Part shown: one piece after another, positions 11,064 through 20,721 of the stretch | Layout: each line of letters starts with the position of its first letter | How positions within the stretch are numbered: position 1 is the first letter of the stretch | Source: Nitrosopumilaceae archaeon | Lineage (GTDB): Archaea; Thermoproteota; Nitrososphaeria; Nitrososphaerales; Nitrosopumilaceae | Direction: 5' to 3' | Length of the DNA stretch: 64,000 bases | NCBI GenBank assembly: GCA_965214835.1 | Contig: CBDCCK010000002.1 | Coordinates: 1,408,001 to 1,472,000, forward strand | Notes under the pieces: generated by a model | Databases searched by the model: none | Told to the model about the DNA's origin: nothing | What the model saw: the letters and a program-made list of their open reading frames with translations, nothing else | Made by a program: the position numbers and the translations under genes

Positions 11064-12378
11064 TTATGACGCTTTTGTTTTTCTGGCCCACTCATTCAAC
11101 TCTGTTATTACTGTGTTACGGGAGTTTGTTGCAGGGTTTTCGTGGGATGTTAGCATGTATTCCCCCCACAGGTTGCCGCTGCCTTTTAACACATCGCGTA
11201 TTGATGAGCTGCCTCTTTTGTTTTCTGTGTCATATACATATCCCGCATAGGTTGAGTCAGGCTCCAGCCAAGTTATCTGCATATCCGGAATGAACTGTGG
11301 CAGGTTTTTGACAATGTTCATGCTTGCATCATGGGCTATGCGTCCCAGCATAGAATCGATCACGATAAAATGATTTTTTTCTGCAATGTCACGCATGGCT
11401 ACAATGCATGACACGGCAAGGCAGTATGTGAGCCCTGTACCGAGCACCGATGGCGGCCTTCCGGGATCCGAGGGACTCTCTGGATCGCATACTGTCACGG
11501 TACAGTCTGATCCGATCTCTACCTTGGAAAAGGGATTATGTGGTGTCAGTCGCAGAAAATACTCGGTGGTTTTGTCAGCAACTGTATTCCTGAACCTCTC
11601 TAGCAGGTCATCCCTGTGCTGACCGAGTATTTTTTCGATGGTTCTTGCCAACGCACTTATGTTGTGACGTGATTGCGACTCTGTTTTTAGATCCATGTCT
11701 TTGAGTAGTTCGTCACGTGTTTCTCTGATGTGTCTTATGGCATCTCCAACAACTGAAAGGCCGGATATCTTTTCCATTCCGACTCTTATCTTGTTTTTGC
11801 CATCTGAATCAAAGAAGGAGCCCAGCAACTCATCGTCAACGAGAAAATACCATGACATGTACTCTGGGAGCACGTCCAGTATGGCATCACAGGCACAAGG
11901 CAATTCTGTGCACACATCCCATTTGGCAGATTGTTTTGTCCTACGGACAAACTCCAGAGCAGGTGTAATTTCAATGCCTGCAGGCAGGATGCCTCCCACA
12001 TCGTTCCGGCGAACAAGCCGTGAAGATTCATGCCTCTTGATAAAATGCACCCTGCGTTTTATTGCATATAGCGGCTCGTCCCCCTCGTAAAGATGGATCT
12101 CGACAGACGTCTCGTCCTCATCGCCAGGATTCAGTGATTGCAGCACGTCGCGGTTGATGATGCACATGTCATGAGGGTTTTTCTCAGATCTGAACTTCCC
12201 ATAAAGGCACCAGTAAACTGCATCCAGTATTGTGGTCTTGCCCCTTCCGTGGGCTCCCGTGATTACCGTAATCGTTTTTTGCGAATCCACGGATAATTCA
12301 ACTGCAGCAGTGTCCTTGTATATTCCATAGTTTTTCAACATGATTTTTCCTAGGCGCACGCCTGTGTTAGGAACCATG
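11064..12378 (-). CDS. DndD/SbcC-like ABC ATPase with shortened coiled coil
   Basis: LKNYGIY, Walker A GAHGRGKTT, WCLYG; degenerate signature LGTG and Walker B IVIDSMLGRI. Confidence 0.75.
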
Positions 12379-12588
12379 TTTGTTGCAGAACTCCTGTATG
12401 TCTTCATTACCGGCATGTCTTGTGAGAATTTTGCCCAGATTGGTTTTGTAGTTTTTGCCGTCTGCCAGATCCATCTGTTCTTCTGCCTTGAGAACCTCCT
12501 TTAGTATGTCCTTTATCCTGTCTGGGGCATCGTAGGCATCTATCTCTTTCAGAATGAGATCATTAACGGGCACAGCATGACTATGCAA
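12367..12588 (-). CDS. small helical protein coupled to the ATPase
   Basis: 73 aa; stop overlaps the ATPase start. Confidence 0.6.
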   Translation of the reverse strand: MHSHAVPVNDLILKEIDAYDAPDRIKDILKEVLKAEEQMDLADGKNYKTNLGKILTRHAGNEDIQEFCNKHGS

Positions 12589-12671
12589 GCATGTCTTAAA
12601 AAACTATAGTCGGCGCTTGCATAGTCTCCTCCTTGTACCAGATCAGGATTCGGCCCACCCCGGTTTTTAAC

Positions 12672-12754
12672 TATAGCAACGGGCATAAGTCTTTGAGTCA
12701 AAGTAGGTCATAACTACACGTAAAAAACCTCAATTATTTCTGCTCGTTGCTATA
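12672..12754. mobile_element. TA-flanked MITE (IS630-like)
   Basis: TATAGCAACGGGCA ... TGCTCGTTGCTATA inverted ends. Confidence 0.6.
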
Positions 12755-12769
12755 CCTGTACCTGAATTC

Positions 12770-12899
12770 AAGAATGGATCCACATCTTCCTGATCCGTCT
12801 TACGGTTATATCCATGGACTCTGCCATCCTAGCGTTGGTGAGGGTGCCCTTTCTCTTTTACCATACAATCCATCGTACCTAGCTTTCCTTTAGTTTCAT
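12770..12899 (-). pseudogene. IS481-like transposase HTH remnant
   Basis: MKLKES*VRWIVW*KRKGTLTNARMAESMDITVRRIRKMW with in-frame stops. Confidence 0.4.
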
Positions 12900-13275
12900 G
12901 CCGTTTGGGCGCCCAAGGCACGCGTATTTGCGCGGCCTCTGCCGCCAGACCCACACATCCATGCCTCCGCTGCGGGCCAGGCTTGCTCATCTTCTCCTGG
13001 CCGACCTTGCATACTCGGAAAAGGGGCGAACAACTTTTCGGACAAGGTAGATTATAACCATGATCTCACTAAAAAATTGAGAAGCAATCATGAAATCTTT
13101 TGATGCCAAAAGCAAGCTTGGAACGGGAATCCTTTACATCATAAATTCAGGTATTGTATTTGAGGCAAAAATCAAGGCTTGATTTTGCAGATTCCATTTA
13201 CAATTCTTAGAACGCATTAGGCTGGGCTCAAGCATGGGGTGATGGCAGAACAGGTAGGGAGAGTAGCCTAATGCT

Positions 13276-13425
13276 GTGGAAGGTGCTGAAATTCCTGAAA
13301 TTCCTGAAATTGGGCCGTGTGGGAAGGTGCTGAAATTCCTGAAATTCCTGAAATTGGGCCGTGTGGGAAGGTGCTGAAATTCCTGAAATTCCTGAAATTG
13401 GGCCGTGTGGGAAGGTGCTGAAATT
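13276..13425. repeat. 44-bp tandem repeat (about 3.4 copies) built from CTGAAATT submotifs
   Basis: Unit GTGGGAAGGTGCTGAAATTCCTGAAATTCCTGAAATTGGGCCGT. Confidence 0.9.
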
Positions 13426-13689
13426 GTAACAGGCCGGGCTCTGGAAGTTCAGGCACGAATTTTGCCATCAAAGAAGGCCGATCAAACAGAATTTGTACCT
13501 AAAATCGTAAATCACTTCCAGAACCCGATCTGCTACCTGAAATTGCTGAAATTTCCAAGAGTGGGCCGTGCTGTGGTGGTTGCTGAAATCAGGAACCGGT
13601 GTCGTCTTTCGTAAACCCAAGAGGCAGTTTTAGACCCTTTAAAAATTCCTGATGGTCATAATGCATCACAAAAAAAGAAGAAATTGGGA

Positions 13690-14298
13690 TCAATCATGAC
13701 CGTTCAAAAACACGGTTTCGGTTCCGTGTCTAACTTGCATGTTCTGTGATGGATATGGAGTCAGAGATGGATGCCCCGCCCCGTTTGGGGTGGCCGTGTT
13801 TCCGGCAGATGCTTTTGCTATGGTGTCAAGATATACCAGTCCCGCCGAGACGCTGACGTCAATGTCAACGCTAGGATACATCACACCCAATTGCTCTCGG
13901 ATCTGATCCAGTCTGTCTTCCTGCGACGGGTGGACTGATATCTCCAGAACGTCGCCTACTTTACCCAAGACAGTGATTTCCAAGCCTTCAAGAAACTCCA
14001 CATGATTTTCCGGTATGTGATCTTCGTACCCAAATCCTATCAGGTTAAGCTCGTCATAAGCCTGTCCGAACTCTGCGGTTATCGGGGTATCGCCAGGTGC
14101 TAGTCTAAGCATGTCCCGTGTAATCTCTGGGTGTATCTTGTATGATTCCAGATTCGCGATATCAAACGTATTGCCTGTTGGGCCGACATCTGTAAAGTCC
14201 TCTTTTCCTGGTATGATCTGCACATATGCACTGTCAACTCCCAACATGACCAAAAGTGTAGCTGCCAGCACCGGCATTAGCGCTTTTTTAAAAGTCAT
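13690..14298 (-). CDS. secreted hypothetical protein (possibly truncated)
   Basis: Signal peptide MTFKKALMPVLAATLLVMLG. Confidence 0.6.
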   Translation of the reverse strand: MTFKKALMPVLAATLLVMLGVDSAYVQIIPGKEDFTDVGPTGNTFDIANLESYKIHPEITRDMLRLAPGDTPITAEFGQAYDELNLIGFGYEDHIPENHVEFLEGLEITVLGKVGDVLEISVHPSQEDRLDQIREQLGVMYPSVDIDVSVSAGLVYLDTIAKASAGNTATPNGAGHPSLTPYPSQNMQVRHGTETVFLNGHD

Positions 14299-14416
14299 TG
14301 CTATACTTCAGTAGTTGAAAATGTAACCCCCTTTTTAAGTGTCTGATTGTTTTGAACAAATTGATATGATTTTTTGTCCAGTCGATCTATAAACAACGCC
14401 GTTCCAGTCTACCCTG

Positions 14417-14810
14417 ATGGGCAAGCAGGGCAGACAGAAACACCGGACAAGCTACGGCCAGAGCAAATTCAAGCTGCTGGTTGCCGCAATGGGTCTGCTG
14501 CAGATCAAGTTCTCCTCAAGGCACAACGCCATGTGGGGCCTGGCCGACGCCGCCCATCTGGTCGTGGCCATGTGCGAGCACTCCAAATGTGCAAACGAGA
14601 CCGTTCAAAAGCGCCTGTACCTCAAGATGGAGAGCGCCAGGGTCGCGGTGCCCACCTCGGCCTGGCTTCTCGGGAAGCTGAAATCCATGAGACCGTTCAC
14701 GATGGAGAAAAGGTGCGATGCAATGCTGCATTACACGGCCGCCGAGGCGGTGGGCAGGCAGCTTTGCTCCCTCCAAAGGAGCCACAAGTCCCCCTGTTGC
14801 CGCACTCCTG
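14417..14810 (+). pseudogene. ISH3-like transposase 5' fragment
   Basis: VPTSAWLLGKLKS resembles TPSPDWILKAIRG of the intact copy; GC shift at the breakpoint. Confidence 0.55.
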
Positions 14811-14823
14811 GCAGTCAGGATTT

Positions 14824-15012
14824 TCAGATATCTAAGAAAAAAGTAAATTTTTTTCTTGTTTGTCTTCTCTTAGGTTTTGTTACATCAAATTTTGGGAAAC
14901 CCTGTTTTTCTAAAACACCCTTGCTTAATTCTATTTTAAGAAAATCACCATCATCCTCTAATTTTTTTACAGCACAACTGTTGAGTAATTCTTGAAAATC
15001 AAATGACGGCAA
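14824..15012 (-). CDS. hypothetical protein
   Basis: 62-aa ORF co-oriented with neighbours. Confidence 0.35.
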   Translation of the reverse strand: MPSFDFQELLNSCAVKKLEDDGDFLKIELSKGVLEKQGFPKFDVTKPKRRQTRKKFTFFLDI

Positions 15013-15023
15013 TGTGATGGAAA

Positions 15024-15338
15024 CTATACGCCTAAAAGCAAAGCTACTTTATCCACTTTGAGAGGTTTATGAGATTTTCGTAGACCGTGTACATCTTTAC
15101 GTATTTGTCTGATTTTAGTAGGAGTGGTAACCACAGTGCCACCAACGCAATATTTAGTGCTCTGGATTTCAGTATTTGTGATAAAAGCTTCTGTTATGCC
15201 GTCAACCTTCACTAGCACATCTCGCAATCCTTTACAATCATGTGGCGTGCTAGCACATCGGAGTAATACGGTGCCGTCAACGAGTGTGTTTTTATGCATG
15301 GAAGTTGCCTCGATTGTTTTTAGACAAGTCAGGCCCAT
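15024..15338 (-). CDS. hypothetical protein, possibly Lrp/AsnC ligand-binding-like
   Basis: VLLRC...LVKVDGITEAF pattern. Confidence 0.4.
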   Translation of the reverse strand: MGLTCLKTIEATSMHKNTLVDGTVLLRCASTPHDCKGLRDVLVKVDGITEAFITNTEIQSTKYCVGGTVVTTPTKIRQIRKDVHGLRKSHKPLKVDKVALLLGV

Positions 15339-15426
15339 AAAACTTTCGATGTTTGCTTTTAAACTGAATTTCCAGATTAGGCTTTGCGTAATCGCCGCAG
15401 ATCAAGAAAACCAGGCAGTTTTTACG

Positions 15427-15783
15427 TCATTTTTGGCAATTATGCATGAGGTCTATATTAGATTCCCAATATGCAACTATTGCACTTTCAGAGTAGGTAA
15501 ATTTTTCAAGATAGTCGATGTCTTTTTCCCATTCATTAATTGCTTTTATTACCAGTTCTACATTTCCTTCAGCAAACTCATATCCTCCTGACGCGGTTCT
15601 AGTAGACGTCCCAGCTTGCTCAAAAACATATCCTATTTTTCCATCATGTATTTTGCTTTCTTTCGTCCACGACGCATTGAAAGGACAAAATGTGTAATTG
15701 TATTCATCCGAATAATAGATGGTCATCGGCACAGATATTATTGGAATTAGAGTCAAAAATAAAATCCTGTTAACTTTCATCAT
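15427..15783 (-). CDS. membrane-anchored hypothetical protein
   Basis: N-terminal hydrophobic segment RILFLTLIPIISVPM. Confidence 0.55.
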   Translation of the reverse strand: MMKVNRILFLTLIPIISVPMTIYYSDEYNYTFCPFNASWTKESKIHDGKIGYVFEQAGTSTRTASGGYEFAEGNVELVIKAINEWEKDIDYLEKFTYSESAIVAYWESNIDLMHNCQK

Positions 15784-15799
15784 AACAAAAGAAAAGGAA

Positions 15800-16411
15800 C
15801 TAGATGGCCTCATTGAGTGCCTTGTCCAATAGCTTGCCATCCCTATGCCTGTCATTGTATGCCTTGCCGTCAACAACCTTGTATTTTCCGTACTTGCCAA
15901 GCTCTACAAAGTAGAATCCGTCATCACCAAAGACGGGATCGTCTTTGCCGTGTCCCACATGAAGTATGACTTTTTCACCGATTTCAAACTGTGGTTCAAA
16001 GCCGTGCATGTAGAATTTGCCGGATTCATACACGCCGCCCAGGTAAACGGTAAACTGGTCGCCTTCCTTCAATTTGAGATCTGGAGTGATATCCTTGGCT
16101 TTTTCATCAATCTCAATTATTATCGGTACAAAGCCAAGCTGGTTTTTTGATTCGTCACTCCAATCAATCGGATCCCCCACAGAACGAACCGTTCCCTTGA
16201 CTGTTAACACCACTGTGGACTTGGTTTCACTGATTTCTTGGGTTGCCAGCATGACGTCGGTTGGGGCAACAGCAATGTTTGGATTTGCCCCTGTGATGTC
16301 AGATTGCACATAAACATAACTCTCATCAGACGAACTCAATGATGCTACCATGCCAATTGAAACAGCAGCGATGACAACAATGCTAGATATGACTAATTTT
16401 TGCCTGTTCAT
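15800..16411 (-). CDS. secreted/membrane-anchored hypothetical protein
   Basis: N-terminal TM; GGAG upstream; FEIGEKVILH beta-barrel-like motif. Confidence 0.7.
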   Translation of the reverse strand: MNRQKLVISSIVVIAAVSIGMVASLSSSDESYVYVQSDITGANPNIAVAPTDVMLATQEISETKSTVVLTVKGTVRSVGDPIDWSDESKNQLGFVPIIIEIDEKAKDITPDLKLKEGDQFTVYLGGVYESGKFYMHGFEPQFEIGEKVILHVGHGKDDPVFGDDGFYFVELGKYGKYKVVDGKAYNDRHRDGKLLDKALNEAI

Positions 16412-16531
16412 TTTTTTCTCCTATGCATAATGATCATTTATGTCATTTAGATCCTCTGTTCTAAGCTGTGATTGATCAGAGTTGTACCCACTCTTCATCG
16501 CATAGTACGTCCACTAAATAATGGATAATAA

Positions 16532-16649
16532 GTAACAGGATAGCCCCTGCCTAGGCAGCAATCAGACATACATTTGCCTGCAGTTGTGATTTTCATGCCT
16601 GGCCGGCAAGGGACATGGCATCAACCCTGCATAGGGGCTATCCTGTTAC
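16532..16649. mobile_element. IS66-derived MITE (118 bp)
   Basis: TIR GTAACAGGATAGCCCCT; perfect 8-bp TSD GATAATAA; internal GCCTGCAGTTGTGATTTTCATGCCTG shared with the IS66 right end. Confidence 0.9.
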
Positions 16650-16726
16650 GATAATAATACTGCCACACCGTGCCTATTTTGACACAAGAATATTCGGTTT
16701 TTATCTGTGCGCACTATGGTATGACC

Positions 16727-16856
16727 GGGGTTGTCTCCTAATTCCACCTGCCTGATTCAACCTGCATGTCTTTCTGAATTTTCGCCCTTTTGCACGCCTG
16801 ATCCATGTGGCATCCCAACGGTTTTCAGGAATCCTGACGAATTAGGAAACAACCTC
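16727..16856. mobile_element. MITE family C
   Basis: GGGGTTGTCTCCTAATT...AATTAGGAAACAACCTC; inverted homolog at 46003-46132. Confidence 0.8.
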
Positions 16857-17073
16857 AGTATGACCGTCCCAAGCGCCCCAATGCCATACATGGTGGCAAG
16901 CCTGCAAGGTGGCCAAACCTGTGTGTGATCACGCAATCTGGGTTTCGCCGAAAATAATGTTGGTACGAGGTCACCTAGCCCCTCAGATGTGGGAAGTTTC
17001 GCTTGGGTAAGAGTCTGCCCACCCGTGCTTTTATACGCACGGCGATCTTTTATGAAATTCAGGATTCTGGATG

Positions 17074-17083
17074 GATTTAAATA
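17074..17083 (+). promoter_or_regulatory. TATA box
   Basis: TTTAAATA about 25-30 nt before ATG 17107. Confidence 0.55.
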
Positions 17084-17106
17084 GGATAAGTTCAGATCAA
17101 ACTAAC

Positions 17107-17214
17107 ATGGCAAGCGCAGTAGACGGATGGCCGGTATGGATTCCACTTATTGTAGGTTTAGCACCAGGTTTGGTATACTGGTTGGCAATTACCGCAATGA
17201 AGAAGAGACGTTAG
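17107..17214 (+). CDS. 35-aa membrane peptide (not in ORF track)
   Basis: MASAVDGWPVWIPLIVGLAPGLVYWLAITAMKKRR; TATA upstream, T-rich tract downstream. Confidence 0.65.
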   Translation: MASAVDGWPVWIPLIVGLAPGLVYWLAITAMKKRR

Positions 17215-17333
17215 ACGCCTATTACTATTCTTTTTATTCTGTTTTCTAGCGCAGTTGGGTTAAACCTGCTAAGCTACTTGTTTACATTATGATATGTCCT
17301 ACAAAATTAAACCCCCAGGATCTATCTTAAAGC

Positions 17334-18389
17334 ATGAATGCCCTGCTATTTGCAGTTGTTTTGACGATGATTTTTGTCCCTGCACACCCCTCGTTTTCCC
17401 AGGCCGTGGACAGCGATACTGCGATATCCGTAGTCACCACCAGCGACGTGCCATACGTCTATCAGAACTCGGAGGGATACACCACGGTCGTAGGGGAGGT
17501 TGAAAACCGTAACCGCCTTACTGCCATGTCCGACATTGTAGTAGTTGCCACCTTCCTTGACGCCTCCGGAAACGTGCTGGATATAAGCAGGGGGGGCCCC
17601 CTGCTTACGGTTGTCGGCGCCCAGTCGACCTCCCCTTACGTCATAACCTCCACCGTCAGGGATCCGGACATAGCGTTCGTCTCCGTTGACGTTGCGGCGT
17701 TCAACTCGTCCCCCTCCAAGGAGGACGGACTGGAAATCGATCACATAGACGTCTTGCATGCCGAAACGCTAGAGTTCTCCGCCACAATCTCCAACTCCGG
17801 CAACTCCCCGTCGACTGACACCAGGGTCTATCTGGCATACTATGACGTGTTTGATCCACCGAGGCTCTTGAGCGTCGAGACAATCGAGGCAGGCGACATC
17901 CCGATAGGCCAGACACTGGACATTGAGTTCTCCGGCATCCCAAGCCCCCGGGCGGTGGGATTTCAAGTACTTGCAGAGTCTGACACCATGACGTCAAGTC
18001 CGCTAGACATAGACATTCCGGAGCAGCAGCTGATTACACGCATGGTGTCGATCTCTGATCTCTCAGTATCCGATGATCAGGGAAGGCCGGCATCAAGCGT
18101 TCCGGCCGGAGCCGAGGTCAGCATAGGAAGCAGGCTGCTGTTCCAGTCTACTGCCAACGACCGAATCCAGTCATATGTGTACTATGTGCAGATCAAGCAG
18201 TCAGGCGTGCCGTACGTGGAGTTCATAGGAAGCACCGCGGGAACGATATACAACACCCCGTCATCGGACGTCTCGGTCCTGTGGACTCCTGCAAACCCCG
18301 GCCTGTACTTTGTCGAGACCTTTGTCTGGGATGCCCAGAACGTGCCCATTGCACCAAAGGGCCCGGTCTCGCTAGTCCTGGTGCGCTAG
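17334..18389 (+). CDS. secreted FxLYD-like Ig-fold protein
   Basis: Signal peptide; VVGEVEN, ATFLDASGN; C-terminal WTPANPGLY.VETFVW. Confidence 0.75.
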   Translation: MNALLFAVVLTMIFVPAHPSFSQAVDSDTAISVVTTSDVPYVYQNSEGYTTVVGEVENRNRLTAMSDIVVVATFLDASGNVLDISRGGPLLTVVGAQSTSPYVITSTVRDPDIAFVSVDVAAFNSSPSKEDGLEIDHIDVLHAETLEFSATISNSGNSPSTDTRVYLAYYDVFDPPRLLSVETIEAGDIPIGQTLDIEFSGIPSPRAVGFQVLAESDTMTSSPLDIDIPEQQLITRMVSISDLSVSDDQGRPASSVPAGAEVSIGSRLLFQSTANDRIQSYVYYVQIKQSGVPYVEFIGSTAGTIYNTPSSDVSVLWTPANPGLYFVETFVWDAQNVPIAPKGPVSLVLVR

Positions 18390-18423
18390 TAGGTTTATTT
18401 TCAGACAGGACGCCCACTAGCAT

Positions 18424-18888
18424 ATGGCCCAGTTTGAGACCGCAGCCATGGGGGGAACGTTTGATCTCCTGCACAGGGGCCACCTTGAGCTGCTCGGCCG
18501 GGCGTTCTCGGCATCGTCCCTTGTCATCATTGGGCTGACAAGCGACGACTTTGCGGCCCGGCGCGGCAAGACGACATTTCACAACTATGTGCAGAGGCTT
18601 GGGAACCTGTCCGCCCTGATCAGGAAGCATTTCCCAGACGCAAAATACCAGATAAGGCGCCTTGACGATGACTTTGGGCCCGCCGTGCTAGAGGAGGGGG
18701 TGCAGGCGCTAGTCGTCAGCGACGAGACCAGCAGCCAGGGACGGGTTCTCAACGACATGCGAAAAAGGCGCGGCCTTGCCCCGGTCAGGGTCATAGTCGT
18801 CCCAATGATCCTAGCCAGGGACGGGCAGCCCATATCCAGCACGAGGCTGAGGAACTCCGAGGTCGATTTTGACGGGAATCCGAGTTGA
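18424..18888 (+). CDS. coaD: phosphopantetheine adenylyltransferase
   Basis: GGTFDLLHRGH, GLTSD, ISSTRLR. Confidence 0.9.
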   Translation: MAQFETAAMGGTFDLLHRGHLELLGRAFSASSLVIIGLTSDDFAARRGKTTFHNYVQRLGNLSALIRKHFPDAKYQIRRLDDDFGPAVLEEGVQALVVSDETSSQGRVLNDMRKRRGLAPVRVIVVPMILARDGQPISSTRLRNSEVDFDGNPS

Positions 18889-18948
18889 CCCGGAGCTCCT
18901 CTAACTTTGAGCTATGCAACTAAAGCAGGATTCTGAGACCCATCACCC

Positions 18949-19278
18949 GTGGCAATCATCGACAGGATGCTCAAAAAGCTAGACGACGACGTCTCCTGCA
19001 TGCAGAGGGGGCTGCAGCCAGACAGCCTGGCACACTGGTACGGAGTCGTGATCCGGGAGGCAAGGCGGCTTGCCCCCGCCCACCTGCAGGACAAAATCAG
19101 CGTAAGGCAGGATCCCATACTTTTGATGAGGTTCAACCTGGACGTGTCAAAGCGCGCCGTCAGGTACCTGATGATGGCAGTAGACGACAATCTCGAGAGG
19201 ATGCCCTACACCACGAGGCTGTACTTTCTCAGGGTCCAAGAGGCGCTGGCCGGGGAGGCTGACAGGTCCCTGGCATGA
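18949..19278 (+). CDS. hypothetical protein
   Basis: Core-like codon usage; 109 aa. Confidence 0.7.
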   Translation: MAIIDRMLKKLDDDVSCMQRGLQPDSLAHWYGVVIREARRLAPAHLQDKISVRQDPILLMRFNLDVSKRAVRYLMMAVDDNLERMPYTTRLYFLRVQEALAGEADRSLA

Positions 19279-19279
19279 A

Positions 19280-19561
19280 TCACCCCTTGGTTATCTCCAC
19301 ATCCCCGGCAGAGGCTGCCGTCCCCACGATCCTATGCCTGTGCTCCAGGACGGACTGGACAAAGTCTGCGAACCTGTCTGCATTGCCGCCGTCCTTGAAC
19401 ATGATGCTGTGCGCGGATCCGTCCCTGACTGCGATTACCACCTCGCCTCCAACTATGTTCAGAATCTTCGTGATGCAAGTCTCCCTGCCCCGGTCCCGGT
19501 AGATGAGGCCGGCAAGCTTTTGGGCCTCGTACCCGTCCTCGCAGCTGACTCGGATCCTCAC
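19280..19561 (-). CDS. hypothetical protein
   Basis: Overlaps the trpS stop; 93 aa. Confidence 0.7.
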   Translation of the reverse strand: MRIRVSCEDGYEAQKLAGLIYRDRGRETCITKILNIVGGEVVIAVRDGSAHSIMFKDGGNADRFADFVQSVLEHRHRIVGTAASAGDVEITKG

Positions 19562-20670
19562 TTGTCCTGCAGGAGAAACTCCCCCAGCCGGTCCCTGGCC
19601 GCCTCCCTCCTCTCCTGGTGTGATGCCAGGAACTCGTTTATCCTGTCAATCAGGATCGCCTTTAGCTCCCCCGTCAGCATCCTGCCTGACTTGTAGTCGT
19701 CATGGATTGCCCTGAGCCTAGAGTCGTCGGGCTCGAAGAATATCCTGAGATACTGGTAGGACACGTCGACGTCCGGATCCCCGCCCAGCCTCCTGTGCTC
19801 GCCGACGTCGGGCCGCCCCCCGGAGAAGGCGTACCTGTTTATCTTTTTTCTGACCGTATCCGGTGCATCGGTCGTGTATATGGTCCCGTTCTCGTCTGAG
19901 GCAGACATCTTCCCGCCGGGCCCCTGCAGCGAGGGAATCATGATGTTGTGGATAAGCGCCGGCTTTGGCCTTCCCATCCTGGGTGCCGCATCCCTTGTCA
20001 GCCTAAAGTGGGGATCCTGGTCGACTCCCAGCGGAATCAGGACCGGCCTGTCCTCCATGAAGCACGGCGCGGACTGGAGCGCCGTGTAGAAGATCATCCC
20101 GATGTTGGTCTGGCCGGTAAACCCGAAGGTGGCCTTTGTGTTGGAAAAGTTGATCCTCTTGGCAACCTCGGCCGCTATCGGGTAAAGCGTCCGGATGTCC
20201 CTCGTGTTGATTATTATCCTCGTCTTCTCGGGCCTGAATCCCAGCGCGATAAAGTCAAGCGCGTTCTCATATGCAAGATCCCTGGTCTCACCCAGCGACA
20301 GGCCCTGCTTTGAGAAGAACTTTTCGTCGTCTGTCAGCTGAAAGTACATGCTTGCGCCGAATCTGTCCTGCAGCCACTTTGCAAAGACCCACGGAACAAG
20401 ATGCCCTATGTGCGTGTGCCCGGAGGGGCCCCTGCCCGTATACAGAAAGAACCCGTTCCCCCTCCGGTACTCGTCTAGGATCCGCCCCAGATCCCTGTGC
20501 GAGAAGAACACCCCGCGCCTGAGCATAAAGTGGTCCTCCCCCGCCGCCTCCCTGATCCTCCCGAGCAGCTCCTGTGAGATCTTTTGCGTTCCAAACTGCC
20601 GGGTTAGCCTGTCATAGTCGATGTTCCCCTCGACATGCCAGGGGGTAACGACAAAATCATCAGCTGGCAT
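19558..20670 (-). CDS. trpS: tryptophan--tRNA ligase
   Basis: YTGRGPS, HIGH, DQDPHFR, KMSAS. Confidence 0.97.
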   Translation of the reverse strand: MPADDFVVTPWHVEGNIDYDRLTRQFGTQKISQELLGRIREAAGEDHFMLRRGVFFSHRDLGRILDEYRRGNGFFLYTGRGPSGHTHIGHLVPWVFAKWLQDRFGASMYFQLTDDEKFFSKQGLSLGETRDLAYENALDFIALGFRPEKTRIIINTRDIRTLYPIAAEVAKRINFSNTKATFGFTGQTNIGMIFYTALQSAPCFMEDRPVLIPLGVDQDPHFRLTRDAAPRMGRPKPALIHNIMIPSLQGPGGKMSASDENGTIYTTDAPDTVRKKINRYAFSGGRPDVGEHRRLGGDPDVDVSYQYLRIFFEPDDSRLRAIHDDYKSGRMLTGELKAILIDRINEFLASHQERREAARDRLGEFLLQDK

Positions 20671-20721
20671 CCACAGAATCTTGGGTTAAGGTTTAAAAAG
20701 TCTTTTTGGGACTTTTTGCTA

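Noticed and set aside
13276-13425. Possible CRISPR array
   Set aside because: Units are contiguous and identical with no unique spacers; no cas genes in the window.
16420-16500. Possible metalloprotease C-terminal remnant (YAMKSGY...EDLNDINDHYA)
   Set aside because: Too short and no HExxH recovered after removing the adjacent MITE.
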